Part shown: positions 17,690 to 27,050 of the stretch, piece after piece
How positions within the stretch are numbered: position 1 is the stretch's first letter
How the letters are laid out: every line of letters begins with the position of its first letter
From: an uncultured Clostridia bacterium
GTDB lineage: Bacteria; Bacillota; Clostridia; Christensenellales; UBA1750
NCBI GenBank assembly: GCA_944383925.1
Contig: CALWRM010000015.1
Span: 57,229-121,228 of the forward strand
DNA: 64,000 bases
Reading direction: 5' to 3'
Made by a program: the position numbers and the translations under genes
The notes under the pieces: generated by a model
What the model saw: the letters and a program-made list of their open reading frames with translations, nothing else
What the model was told of the DNA's origin: nothing
The model's database searches: none

Positions 17690-18361
17690 CTATTCGGCCG
17701 CCTTGCCCTTCCTGCGAACCTTGGAAAAATCCAGACGGTTGTTCTTTTCGGTGCCGTTGAGGATGCGCCGGATGTTGCTTCTGTGGGCGAAATACACCAG
17801 CGCCATCATGAGCACCACGAAGATGCACAGCGGCCAGTTGCCCCAGCCGGTGATCAGGTAATAGGCCGCGTACACGGCCAGGATGGTCAGGGAAGCCACC
17901 GAGACGATGCGGGTGGTGAAGATGATGGCTAGGGTAATGGCCAGCATGACCAGCGCCACCACGGGATCCACCACCAGGGCCACGCCAAGGCAGGTGGCAA
18001 CGCCCTTGCCGCCCCGGAATTTGTACACCACCGGCCACATATGGCCAAGCACCGCGCAGATGCCGCCCAGATACACGCCGATGGGTCCCTCCAGGAACAC
18101 GCCGCCCAGGGTGACGCCGTCCCGTCCGAGCAGCCACAGGCCGAGCAGGCAGGCCAGGGCGCCCTTGAGCGCGTCGCCAAAGAGGGTGAGCAGGCTGGCC
18201 TTGGCGCCCAACACGCGGAACATATTGGTCGCGCCCGTGGATTTGGAGCCATGCTGGCGGATGTCGATCTTGGCAAGATGGTTGGAGATGATCATGCCTG
18301 CGGAGATATTGCCCAGCATATAGCCGCAAACGGCGATGACCAGCAGCTTGACCCATACCAT
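17690..18361 (-). CDS. plsY: Glycerol-3-phosphate acyltransferase PlsY
   Basis: GNISAGMII...HGSKSTGATNMFRVLG...FRGGKGVAT are PlsY signatures. Confidence 0.92.
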   Translation of the reverse strand: MVWVKLLVIAVCGYMLGNISAGMIISNHLAKIDIRQHGSKSTGATNMFRVLGAKASLLTLFGDALKGALACLLGLWLLGRDGVTLGGVFLEGPIGVYLGGICAVLGHMWPVVYKFRGGKGVATCLGVALVVDPVVALVMLAITLAIIFTTRIVSVASLTILAVYAAYYLITGWGNWPLCIFVVLMMALVYFAHRSNIRRILNGTEKNNRLDFSKVRRKGKAAE

Positions 18362-18364
18362 GGC

Positions 18365-19702
18365 CTAGTCCTCCTTTTCGCCCCGTTCCCGCACCAGGAT
18401 GCGGATGGGGGTGCCGTCCAATACGAAGCTTTTGCGGAAGTGGTTTTCCAGGTAACGCTCATAGGAGTAATGGAACAGGTCCTTGTCGTTGACGAAGAGC
18501 ACGTAGGTGGGCGGGGCCACGGAAGCCTGGGTGGCGTAGTAGATGCGCAGGCGCCGGCCGTGGTCGGAGGGCGGCGGGGTGACGGAGATGGCGTCGTGCA
18601 GGGCGTCGTTGAGCAGGCCGGTGGTGATGCGCCTGCGGGCGTTGTCGCAGACCTCGTTGACCGACGGGAGCAGGCGGTTGACCCGCTGGCCCGTCTTGGC
18701 GGAGATGAAGAGCAGCGGCGCATAGTCCAGGAACTTGAGGTCCGCGCGCACCTTCTTGGTGAACTTTTCCAAGGTGCCCGTTTCCTTCTCCAGGGCGTCC
18801 CACTTGTTGACCAGGATGATGCAGGCCCGGCCCTCGTCGGCGATGTAGCCGGCCACCCGCTGGTCCTGCTCGGTGACGCCGTCCTGGGCGTCGATCAGCA
18901 GCAGGGCGCAATCGCAGCGGCGGATGGCCGCCAGGGAGCGGATGACGGAATAGCGCTCCAGGGAGGCCTCCTTCACCTTGGCCTTGCGGCGGATGCCGGC
19001 GGTGTCGATGATGATGTAGTCGCGTCCGTTGTCGCGAAAGGGCGTGTCGATGGCGTCGCGGGTGGTGCCGGCGATGTCGGAGACCATCACCCGCTCCTGG
19101 CCGAGGATGGCGTTGACCAAGGAGCTCTTGCCCACGTTGGGCCTGCCTACCACGGCGATCTTCAGGGGGCCTTCCTCGTCCTCGCCGGCGGAGGCCTCCT
19201 CGGGATCGGGCAGGAGCTTGCACAGCTCCTCCAACAGGTCGCCGATGCCCAGCAGGTTGACCGAGGAGATGGGCAGCGGTTCGCCGATGCCAAGGGCGAA
19301 GAAGTCCATGCGGTCCACGTCCTTGATGGGGGTGTCCAGCTTGTTGACCACCAGAAGCACCGGCTTCTTGGTGCGGCGCAGCATGTCGGCCACCTCGTAA
19401 TCCGCTCCGGTGAGGCCCTCGTGGCCGTCCACGAAGAAGAGGATCACGTCGGCGGTCTCGATGGCGATGTTGGCCTGGGCGCGCATCTGGGTCAGCAGCG
19501 GATCGTCGGAGTAGGGGTCGATGCCGCCGGTGTCCACCAGGGTGAAGTCGTAGTTTTGCCAGCTCACGTCGGCGTAGACGCGGTCCCGGGTGACGCCGGG
19601 CGTGTCCTCCACGATGGAGATGCGGGCGCCGGCCATCTTATTGAAAAAGGTGGATTTGCCTACGTTGGGCCGTCCGACCACGGCCACGATGGGTTTGGCC
19701 AT
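18365..19702 (-). CDS. der: Ribosome-biogenesis GTPase Der (EngA)
   Basis: Two tandem GTPase domains (VVGRPNVGKSTFFN and VVGRPNVGKSSLVN) plus a KH-like C-terminus. ATG 19702 overlaps the upstream stop (TAATG). Confidence 0.95.
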   Translation of the reverse strand: MAKPIVAVVGRPNVGKSTFFNKMAGARISIVEDTPGVTRDRVYADVSWQNYDFTLVDTGGIDPYSDDPLLTQMRAQANIAIETADVILFFVDGHEGLTGADYEVADMLRRTKKPVLLVVNKLDTPIKDVDRMDFFALGIGEPLPISSVNLLGIGDLLEELCKLLPDPEEASAGEDEEGPLKIAVVGRPNVGKSSLVNAILGQERVMVSDIAGTTRDAIDTPFRDNGRDYIIIDTAGIRRKAKVKEASLERYSVIRSLAAIRRCDCALLLIDAQDGVTEQDQRVAGYIADEGRACIILVNKWDALEKETGTLEKFTKKVRADLKFLDYAPLLFISAKTGQRVNRLLPSVNEVCDNARRRITTGLLNDALHDAISVTPPPSDHGRRLRIYYATQASVAPPTYVLFVNDKDLFHYSYERYLENHFRKSFVLDGTPIRILVRERGEKED

Positions 19703-21006
19703 TAGATCAATTCTCCTCCCTGGCCCAAGAGGGCCAAAAGCAGTTCCTCGCCGCCGCTGGGCACGATGCGGATGGGCAGGCGCAGAGCCTCGGCCAGCTG
19801 CTCGGCCGTGGTGTCGTCCAAAAAGGAATGGGTGCCTGCGCGGAACATGCACTCCGACAACAGCAATTCTTCGGCCCGCAGCCCCTGCAGGCCGGCGCGC
19901 AGGCAGGCGCCGGTGAGCAGGCCCGTGACGTTCACCTGCCCGCCGAAAAAGACGTTGGGAACGCCGAGCACGCGGACGTGCAGCTTCTCGATGGGATGGG
20001 CCCGCAGCAGGGCCTCCATCCGCGGGGCGATGGAGACCCCGCAGGCCAACGCCAGGTCGCGCTCCCGTTCCAGGGGCGCGGCGTCCTCCAAGGCGAGGAG
20101 AAATTCCTCCTCCAACTGGGCGAACATGCCCACCCCGTTTTCGATCTGGGCAAAGTCCTCATAGGACTCCGCCTTGGGAAAGGGCTGGCCGGCCAATAGA
20201 TACAGCTCGTCGGCGGCATACACGAAGCGTGTGCCGTAGAGCTTGTAGAACTTTTTCTGGTAGCGGCGGATGGTGCGCAGAATCTCCTGCGCCTCCTCCG
20301 CGCTGGGACAGCGCAGGGGGGTGAGACCCTCGCGGTATCCGGTCAGGCCCACGGGCACCACCGCCAGGGACAGGGCCGCGGGATGCAGGGCCGCGCATTC
20401 CTCGATGGTGCGGCAGAGCTCCTCGCCGTCGTTGTAGCCGGGACAGAGCACCACCTGCAGGTGGTATTGCAGGCCGGCGTCGCGCAGGCGGGTCAGCTGC
20501 CCCATCAGCTTGGCGCCGTTGGGGTTGCCGAGCAGGAAGGCGCGTAGCTGGGGGTTGGTGGCGTGCACCGAGATGTACAGGGGAGAGGCCTGGCGCCGGA
20601 TGATCCTTTCCAGCTCCCGATCGGGCACGTTGGTCAGGGTGATGAAGTTGCCCATCATCAGGGACATGCGCCAATCGTCGTCCTTGACGTAGAGGCTTTC
20701 CCGGCAACCGGGATGCATCTGGTCCACGAAACAGAAGATGCAATGGTTGGCGCAAAGGCGGGTGGCGAGCAGGTTGCCCTCGAACTGCACGCCCAGCTCT
20801 TCCCACTCCTCCTTTTCGCAGGAAACCTCCTGCAGTTCGCCGTCCCGCTCAAACTCCACGCTCAGGCGGTCGCCGGCAATCAGGTGCTGGTAATCGATGA
20901 CGTCCAGCACGGCCTCGCCGTTGAGGCGCAACAGCTTGTCGCCGGGCCGCAGCCCCAGCTCCATGCCGAGGGATCCGGGCGCGACCGAAGAGATGATGTG
21001 CGGCAT
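19702..21006 (-). CDS. DUF512 protein (PDZ plus radical-SAM-like domain)
   Basis: N-terminal PDZ-like region (GSLGMELGLRPGDKLLRLNG) and the CANHCIFCFVDQ cysteine motif. Sitting upstream of der is the typical position in Clostridia. Confidence 0.75.
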   Translation of the reverse strand: MPHIISSVAPGSLGMELGLRPGDKLLRLNGEAVLDVIDYQHLIAGDRLSVEFERDGELQEVSCEKEEWEELGVQFEGNLLATRLCANHCIFCFVDQMHPGCRESLYVKDDDWRMSLMMGNFITLTNVPDRELERIIRRQASPLYISVHATNPQLRAFLLGNPNGAKLMGQLTRLRDAGLQYHLQVVLCPGYNDGEELCRTIEECAALHPAALSLAVVPVGLTGYREGLTPLRCPSAEEAQEILRTIRRYQKKFYKLYGTRFVYAADELYLLAGQPFPKAESYEDFAQIENGVGMFAQLEEEFLLALEDAAPLERERDLALACGVSIAPRMEALLRAHPIEKLHVRVLGVPNVFFGGQVNVTGLLTGACLRAGLQGLRAEELLLSECMFRAGTHSFLDDTTAEQLAEALRLPIRIVPSGGEELLLALLGQGGELI

Positions 21007-21069
21007 AGGCCTTTTGAACGCCTCCTAGTGATGTTAACCGCCCAAATGGCGAAAACTTTGCTTCAAATC

Positions 21070-21098
21070 ATTATCTCCCAGCTGGGAGCATTAGTCAA
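21070..21098 (-). promoter_or_regulatory. Putative promoter of DUF512-der-plsY operon with palindrome in spacer
   Basis: On the minus strand: TTGACT, 17-nt spacer, GATAAT. The spacer and the last base of the -10 hexamer contain the perfect 14-bp palindrome CTCCCAGCTGGGAG (21075-21088). Confidence 0.5.
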
Positions 21099-21294
21099 AT
21101 AAATTCTTTGTATACCAAGGAAAAAGGGCGGCAAGCGGGGCGCCCTGGCCATTTCCCGGGCGAAGAAGGGGCGGGGGAAGAATGCCTGTTTCCTTCCGAA
21201 AAAAAAGGTGCTATACTTAAGGAAGGTACGCAAGCGCCTGCAAACGGCGCGCCAAACAAAGAGCCATCGCGCAAGATAGAAGGAGGAACCTCTT

Positions 21295-21783
21295 ATGAAG
21301 ACCATCAAGGCCCAGAAGCTGACCCGCGAAGCCTTCCGCCCCTATGGCGACTATGTGCAGCTGATTCGCGATCCCAAGGAGTTTGAGGGACGCAAGGTGG
21401 ACTTTACGCCCGACATGCTGCGCCTGAACCTGTCCCGCTTCACCATCGCCTCGTTCTCCATCTGCCGCGTGGAGCCCAGGGAGATGACCGTCACCGCTTC
21501 GGAATACCATTCCTATACCTGCGAGGGCATCATTCCCCTGGACGGCGACGTGATCATCCATGTGGGCAAGCCCTACCGCGGCCAGCTGAACGCCGACCAG
21601 ATGGAGGCCTTCTACGTGCCCTACGGCACCATGGTCACGCTGAACCCGGGCGTGCTGCACATGGCTCCCTATGCGGTCAACGACACGGTCAACACCATCA
21701 TCGTCCTGCCCGAGCGCACCTACGCCAACGACTGCATCGTGCTGCGCCATGGCGAGGATGAGATCCTGACCATCGAAAAATAA
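21295..21783 (+). CDS. Ureidoglycolate-lyase-family (cupin-like) protein
   Basis: IKAQKLTREAFRPYGDYVQLI resembles the N-terminal signature of the ureidoglycolate hydrolase/lyase family. AGGAGG RBS upstream. Confidence 0.55.
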   Translation: MKTIKAQKLTREAFRPYGDYVQLIRDPKEFEGRKVDFTPDMLRLNLSRFTIASFSICRVEPREMTVTASEYHSYTCEGIIPLDGDVIIHVGKPYRGQLNADQMEAFYVPYGTMVTLNPGVLHMAPYAVNDTVNTIIVLPERTYANDCIVLRHGEDEILTIEK

Positions 21784-21795
21784 GGGGAGGGACCC

Positions 21796-22251
21796 ATGGA
21801 ACGCAACATGCTCGACACCCGCATCGTCACCCAGATCGGCTTTGTGGTCAACGACATCGAGAAGACCTCCCAGGCCTTTGCGGATTTTCTGGGCGTGGAA
21901 AAGCCCGCCTGGTCCCTGACGGATACCATCGACAAGACCCAGGGCCAGTACAACGGCAAGCCCTGTCCGTCCCGGGCCAAGCTGGCCTTCTTCCACGTGG
22001 GGGATACCCTGGACATCGAGCTCATCGAGCCGGACGACCAGCCCAGCGTTTGGCGCGACGTGCTCAACGAGAAGGGCGAGGGCGTGCACCACATCGCCTT
22101 TGTGATCAAGGGCATGCAGGAAAAGATCCTCAAGCTCGAGCGCAACGGCATGAAGCTGATGCAAAAGGGCGAGTATACCGGCGGGCGCTATGCCTACATC
22201 GACTGCGTGGATCAGCTCAAGACCATCGTGGAGCTGTTGGAAAACGACTAG
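21796..22251 (+). CDS. VOC-family (glyoxalase / methylmalonyl-CoA-epimerase-like) protein
   Basis: VTQIGFVVNDIEKT...GEGVHHIAFVIKGM...VELLE is a paired beta-alpha-beta-beta-beta metal-site pattern. Confidence 0.7.
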   Translation: MERNMLDTRIVTQIGFVVNDIEKTSQAFADFLGVEKPAWSLTDTIDKTQGQYNGKPCPSRAKLAFFHVGDTLDIELIEPDDQPSVWRDVLNEKGEGVHHIAFVIKGMQEKILKLERNGMKLMQKGEYTGGRYAYIDCVDQLKTIVELLEND

Positions 22252-22327
22252 ACGCCCCGAGCAAGGCCGCCGCGCGCCGCGCGGCGGCCCCTTATATCCA
22301 TTTCGGGAAGCGGAAGGGGAGAAGGAC

Positions 22328-22831
22328 ATGCCGGAGGGGGAAACGCTCCTGGGCTTTGCGCCGGTTTGGAACAAGGACATCCGCATCCTGGTGCTCGGCT
22401 CCATGCCCAGCGCCCTTTCCCTGGAAAGGGGGCAATACTTCGCCAACCCGCGCAACGCCTTTTGGCCCATCGCCTTTGACAGCTTTGCGCAGCCGATGGA
22501 AACGGAGTACGGGGCCAGGCTGCGCTTCCTGCTGGAACGGGGCATTGGCCTTTGGGATGCGGCGGCCAGCTGCCAGCGGCGGGGCAGCCTGGACAGCGCC
22601 ATGCGGCAGGTGCGGCTCAACGATTTTGCCCCCCTGTTCGCCGCCTGCCCGGCGCTCAAGACGGTGCTTTGCAACGGGAGCAAGGCCTTCGCGCTGTTCG
22701 CCAGGGCGGTGCGGGGAAGGGACCTGGGGGCGCGGGCGCTGTGCTTGCCCTCCACCTCGCCCGCGCTGGCCTCGCTGTCCTATGGACAAAAGCTGGCGGC
22801 CTGGGCGCCGTATTTGAGAGAGGAGAGGTGA
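22328..22831 (+). CDS. DNA-deoxyinosine (hypoxanthine) glycosylase, UDG superfamily
   Basis: IRILVLGSMPSALSLERGQYFANPRNAFWP matches the remembered signature of the hypoxanthine-DNA glycosylase family. Confidence 0.7.
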   Translation: MPEGETLLGFAPVWNKDIRILVLGSMPSALSLERGQYFANPRNAFWPIAFDSFAQPMETEYGARLRFLLERGIGLWDAAASCQRRGSLDSAMRQVRLNDFAPLFAACPALKTVLCNGSKAFALFARAVRGRDLGARALCLPSTSPALASLSYGQKLAAWAPYLREER

Positions 22832-22837
22832 TCCGCC

Positions 22838-23476
22838 TTGGAGCGGAGCAAATACCAAGCGATGGAGGCCAAGATGCTGGCCTGCGCGGGGGACAGCGCC
22901 CACGACGCCCAGCACGTGTATCGCGTGCTGCGCATGGCCAAATACCTCAGCCGCTTTGAGGAGCGGGTGGACGAGGACGTGCTCACGGCCGCCTGCCTGC
23001 TGCACGACATCGGCAGGCCCGCCCAGTTTGCCGACCCGAGCCTGTCCCATGCGGCCGTGGGCGCGGAGCAGGCCTACGCCTTTTTGCTGGAGCTGGGAGA
23101 GCCGAGGGACTTTGCCCAGCGCGTGGCCGACTGCATCCGGACCCACAGCTACCGCAGGAAGGACCCGCCCAGGAGCGTGGAGGCCAAGCTGCTCTTCGAC
23201 GCGGACAAGCTGGACGTTTGCGGCGCGCTGGGCGTGGCCAGGACGCTGCTGTACCAGGGAAAGATGAACCTGCCGCTGTATGCGACCGACGCCGCCGGCA
23301 AGCCGAGCCGCCGCGTCCATGGGGAAGAGGAGAGCTTCTTCAGCGAGGCGGACGGCAAGCTGCTGGAGGTCCATCACCGTATGTTCACCGCCGAGGGCGC
23401 CCGCCTGGCGGCCAAGCGCCGGGCTGCCCTGGACGGCTTTGTGCAGGCGCTATGGGAGGAGATTCAACCCCTATGA
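22838..23476 (+). CDS. HD-domain phosphohydrolase
   Basis: HVYRVLRMAKYL...AACLLHDIGR is an H...HD motif. The TTG start follows GAGAGGAGAGG. Confidence 0.7.
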   Translation: MERSKYQAMEAKMLACAGDSAHDAQHVYRVLRMAKYLSRFEERVDEDVLTAACLLHDIGRPAQFADPSLSHAAVGAEQAYAFLLELGEPRDFAQRVADCIRTHSYRRKDPPRSVEAKLLFDADKLDVCGALGVARTLLYQGKMNLPLYATDAAGKPSRRVHGEEESFFSEADGKLLEVHHRMFTAEGARLAAKRRAALDGFVQALWEEIQPL

Positions 23477-24774
23477 GAATGACGGATATCATCGCCAAGA
23501 AGCGGGACGGCGGCAGGCTGACCCTGGAGGAGATCCGCTTTGTGGTGCGGGGGACCGCGGACGGCAGCCTGCCGGACTACCAGCTTTCCGCGCTGCTGAT
23601 GGCCATCTTCCTGCGGGGCATGGACGAGAAGGAGACCGCCGCGCTGACGCTGGAAATGGCGGCCAGCGGCCAGGTAGCCGACCTGTCCGCCATCCCCGGG
23701 GTGAAGGTGGACAAGCATTCCACCGGCGGCGTCGGCGACCTGACCACCCTGGTGGCCCTGCCGCTGGCGGCGGCCTGCGGGGTGAAGGTACCCAAGATGA
23801 GCGGCCGGGCGCTGGGCCATACCGGCGGCACCCTGGACAAGCTTTGGTCCATTCCGGGCTGCACCACGGAGCTGTCCATGGAGCGCTTCATCGCCCAGGT
23901 GCAGCGGATTGGCTGCGCGCTGGTGGGGCAGACCGGGGACTTTGCGCCCGTGGATAAGCGGCTCTATGCCCTGCGGGACGTGACCGCCACGGTCGAGTCC
24001 CTGCCGCTGATCGTCTCCTCCATCCTATCCAAGAAACTGGCGGCCGGTTGCGACGCCATGGTGTTGGACGTCAAGACGGGCGACGGGGCCTTTATGCGGA
24101 CGCTGGCAGGGTCCAAGCGCCTGGCCGAGGAGATGGTCAAGATCGCCGGCCTTGCGGGCAAGCGGGCCGTGGCGCTGGTCACGGACATGGATCAGCCCCT
24201 GGGCAGCTGCATCGGCAACGCCCTGGAGGTGCGGGAGGCGGCGGAGATCCTGCGGGGCCTGCGCCGCGGACGCGCCCGGGAGCTATGCCTAACGGTGGCG
24301 GGCTGCATGGTGGAGCTGGGCCTCGGGCTGGGGGCGGAGCCCGCCCGCCGCCTGGCCGAGGAGGCCTTGGACAGCGGGGCCGGGGCCGACAAGCTGCGCC
24401 AGCTGATCCAGGCCCAGGATGGCGACGCCCGCGTGGTGGACCAGCCCGAGCGCCTGCCCAGCGCGCCGGAAACCCTGGACGTGGAGGCCGGCGAACAGGG
24501 CTATGTGGACCGCCTGGACTGCCGCGCCCTGGGCCTTGCGGTGCGAGAGCTGGGCGCGGGCAGGGAGCGGGCCGAGGACGCGGTGGACCCCGCCGTCGGC
24601 ATGGAGCTGTTCGTGGAAAGGGGCAGCCGGGTGCAAAAGGGCCAAGCCTTGGCGCGCATTCACGCCAAAGACCTGGAACAGGCGAAAACCTGCGCCCAGG
24701 CCCTGCTCGCCGCCGTGCACCTACAGCAGGAGCCGCCGGAACCAAGCCCCCTGGTGCTGGCCCGCATCGGCTGA
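23473..24774 (+). CDS. pdp: Pyrimidine-nucleoside (thymidine) phosphorylase
   Basis: MRMTDIIAKKRDGGRLTLEEIRFVV...DKHSTGGVGD...SGRALGHTGGTLDKL are canonical signatures. The ATG overlaps the upstream stop (ATGA). Confidence 0.93.
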   Translation: MRMTDIIAKKRDGGRLTLEEIRFVVRGTADGSLPDYQLSALLMAIFLRGMDEKETAALTLEMAASGQVADLSAIPGVKVDKHSTGGVGDLTTLVALPLAAACGVKVPKMSGRALGHTGGTLDKLWSIPGCTTELSMERFIAQVQRIGCALVGQTGDFAPVDKRLYALRDVTATVESLPLIVSSILSKKLAAGCDAMVLDVKTGDGAFMRTLAGSKRLAEEMVKIAGLAGKRAVALVTDMDQPLGSCIGNALEVREAAEILRGLRRGRARELCLTVAGCMVELGLGLGAEPARRLAEEALDSGAGADKLRQLIQAQDGDARVVDQPERLPSAPETLDVEAGEQGYVDRLDCRALGLAVRELGAGRERAEDAVDPAVGMELFVERGSRVQKGQALARIHAKDLEQAKTCAQALLAAVHLQQEPPEPSPLVLARIG

Positions 24775-24802
24775 AATGCAGATGGTGCCACAGAAGAGAA
24801 GA

Positions 24803-24837
24803 AGGGAGCCGCCACACCTTGGGTGTGGCGGCTCCCT
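24803..24837. terminator. Bidirectional terminator between pdp and EF-G paralog
   Basis: AGGGAGCCGCCACAC-cttgg-GTGTGGCGGCTCCCT, a 15-bp perfect stem with T-rich sequence on both outer flanks. Confidence 0.8.
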
Positions 24838-24858
24838 TTGCCACTGGGGGCTTGTTGC

Positions 24859-26946
24859 TTATTCCTCGTCGTCGTCCAGCTTGGCGTTGGCGATGATCTT
24901 GGCGGCCACCTGGGCGGGCACTTCCTCATAGCGCACGAACTCCTTGACGAAGGAGCCGCGGGCCTGGGTCATGGCGCGCAGGTCGGTGGCGTACTTGAAG
25001 ACCTCGGAGAGGGGAACCTCGGCGGTGACCTTCTGGCCGCCCTCCACCTGGTCCATGCCCATGATGCGGCCGCGGCGGCGGTTCATGTCGCCGATCACGT
25101 CGCCCATGTACTCGTCGGGCACGGTCACTTCCAGCTTATACACGGGCTCCAGCAGGCAGGGGGAGGCGTCCACGCACTTCTTCAGCGCCAAGCGCGCGGC
25201 GGTCTTGAAGGCCATTTCGGAGGAGTCCACCGGGTGGTAGGAGCCGTCGTACAGGGTGGCGCGGATGTTCACCAGCGGATAGCCGGCGATGACGCCCTTG
25301 GGCAAGTTCTCGCGCAGGCCCTTTTCCACGGAGGGGATGAAGTTGCGGGGCACCACGCCGCCGACGACCTTATCCACAAACTCGAACTCGGCGCTGCCGT
25401 CCAGAATGGGCTCGAACTCGATCCAGCAGTGGCCGAACTGGCCGTGGCCGCCGGCCTGCTTCTTGTGGCGGCCTTCCGCCTTGATGGACTTCTTGATGGT
25501 CTCGCGATAGGGGATCTTGGGATCCTGCAGGGTGCAGCCCACGCCGAACTTGGAGGCCATCTTGTTCACCAACACGTCCAGATGCATTTCGCCCTGGCCG
25601 GAGATGATGGTCTCGGTGGTGACGGGATCCTTCTCGATGGTGAAGGAGGGATCCTCCTCGGTGAGGCGCGCCAGGGAGGAGAAGATCTTGTCCTCATCGC
25701 CCTTGTTCTTGGCGTATACGGCCATGGAGATGCAGGGCTGCGGGAACTCGGGGAAGGGATAGACGATGGGGTCGGAGGCCGCGCACAGGGTGTCGCCCGT
25801 GGCGGTGAACTGCAGCTTGGTCAAAACGCCGATGTCGCCGGCGATGAGCTTATCCACGGCGATGAGCTTCTTGCCGCGCATCACGGACACGCTGCCGGCC
25901 TTGGCGGTTTTGTCGTTGTTGGCGTTGACGAAGGTGGTGTCGGAGGTGAGGGTGCCGGAATAGACCTTTAGCAGGGAGATCTTGCCCACGAAGGGGTCGG
26001 CCAGGGTCTTGAACACCTGGGCGGAGAAGGGAGCGGAAGCGTCCACGGGGCGGGAGATTTCCGAGCCGTCCTTGGGGTTCTTACCCACCGTGACGCCCTT
26101 GGCCTCCGGGGAGGGGAAGACGTCCACGATGTAGTCCAAGATCTTGGAAACGCCCAGGCAGGGCACGGCCGCGCAGCAGAACACGGGGGTGACGTCGCCG
26201 TCCGCAATGCCCTTGGACAGGCCCTTGAGCATGTCCTCCTCGGAGAGGGTGCCCTCTTCGAAGAACTTTTCCATCAGCTCGTCGTCCGCGCCGGCGGCAG
26301 CCTCCACCAGGCTCTCCATGAGCTCCTCGATGCGATCCTTCATGGCCTGGGAGGTCTCGATCTCCTTGACCTCGCCCTTCTTGCCGGCGAACTGGTAGCT
26401 CTTGCCGGTGGTGGTGATGGTGTAGCCGACGAAGGCGCCCTTGTCCATGATGGGCAGCATCAAAGGCGCGAAGGAGACGCCTGGGAAGGTTTCCTTCAGC
26501 TCGCCATACCCCTTGTCGAAGTTGGCGTTTTCGCGGTCCATGGAGTTGACCACAACGGCGCGCGGGATGTGCTTGGCGCCGGTGACGGCCATGGCCTTTT
26601 CCGTGCCGACGGCCACGCCGCTGACCGCGCCAACCAAGACCAGGGCCGCGTCCGCGGCGGAGAGGGCGCCGCCCATCTCGCCGATAAAATCGAAGTAACC
26701 GGGAATATCGATTAAGGTGATTTTATGATTTTTCCACTCCAGGGGCGCGACGGCCGTGGAGATAGATATGCTGCGCTTGACCTCTTCCGGATCGTAATCC
26801 GTGGTGGCGGAGCCGTCCTCCACCTTGCCCATGCGGTCGATCGTGCCGCTTGCAAAAAGGAAGGCTTCCGTCAGCGTGGTCTTGCCTTCGCCGCCGTGCC
26901 CCACAAGCGCGATGTTCCGCAGGTATTTTGCCTGATAGTCTTTCAT
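24859..26946 (-). CDS. Elongation factor G paralog (EF-G2-like translational GTPase)
   Basis: Five-domain EF-G architecture. The G1 motif reads GHGGEGKTT rather than AHIDAGKTT. DxPG (IDIPGYFDF) and NxxD (NSMD) motifs are present. Monocistronic. Confidence 0.85.
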   Translation of the reverse strand: MKDYQAKYLRNIALVGHGGEGKTTLTEAFLFASGTIDRMGKVEDGSATTDYDPEEVKRSISISTAVAPLEWKNHKITLIDIPGYFDFIGEMGGALSAADAALVLVGAVSGVAVGTEKAMAVTGAKHIPRAVVVNSMDRENANFDKGYGELKETFPGVSFAPLMLPIMDKGAFVGYTITTTGKSYQFAGKKGEVKEIETSQAMKDRIEELMESLVEAAAGADDELMEKFFEEGTLSEEDMLKGLSKGIADGDVTPVFCCAAVPCLGVSKILDYIVDVFPSPEAKGVTVGKNPKDGSEISRPVDASAPFSAQVFKTLADPFVGKISLLKVYSGTLTSDTTFVNANNDKTAKAGSVSVMRGKKLIAVDKLIAGDIGVLTKLQFTATGDTLCAASDPIVYPFPEFPQPCISMAVYAKNKGDEDKIFSSLARLTEEDPSFTIEKDPVTTETIISGQGEMHLDVLVNKMASKFGVGCTLQDPKIPYRETIKKSIKAEGRHKKQAGGHGQFGHCWIEFEPILDGSAEFEFVDKVVGGVVPRNFIPSVEKGLRENLPKGVIAGYPLVNIRATLYDGSYHPVDSSEMAFKTAARLALKKCVDASPCLLEPVYKLEVTVPDEYMGDVIGDMNRRRGRIMGMDQVEGGQKVTAEVPLSEVFKYATDLRAMTQARGSFVKEFVRYEEVPAQVAAKIIANAKLDDDEE

Positions 26947-27050
26947 TGGGAATCCTCCTCGTTTGTAACGTGAGGCGTTAAGCGCCTATAACTTCATTTT
27001 AACATATGCTGGGGCACCTTGAAAAGGGGGTTGTGCAGCATAACCTAAAG

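Noticed and set aside
21075-21088. The palindrome CTCCCAGCTGGGAG considered as a restriction-modification target or mobile-element end.
   Set aside because: There is only a single copy in the window, with no flanking repeats or R-M genes. It contains a CAGCTG core, but its position inside a promoter spacer makes an operator role the more economical reading. See the corresponding finding.
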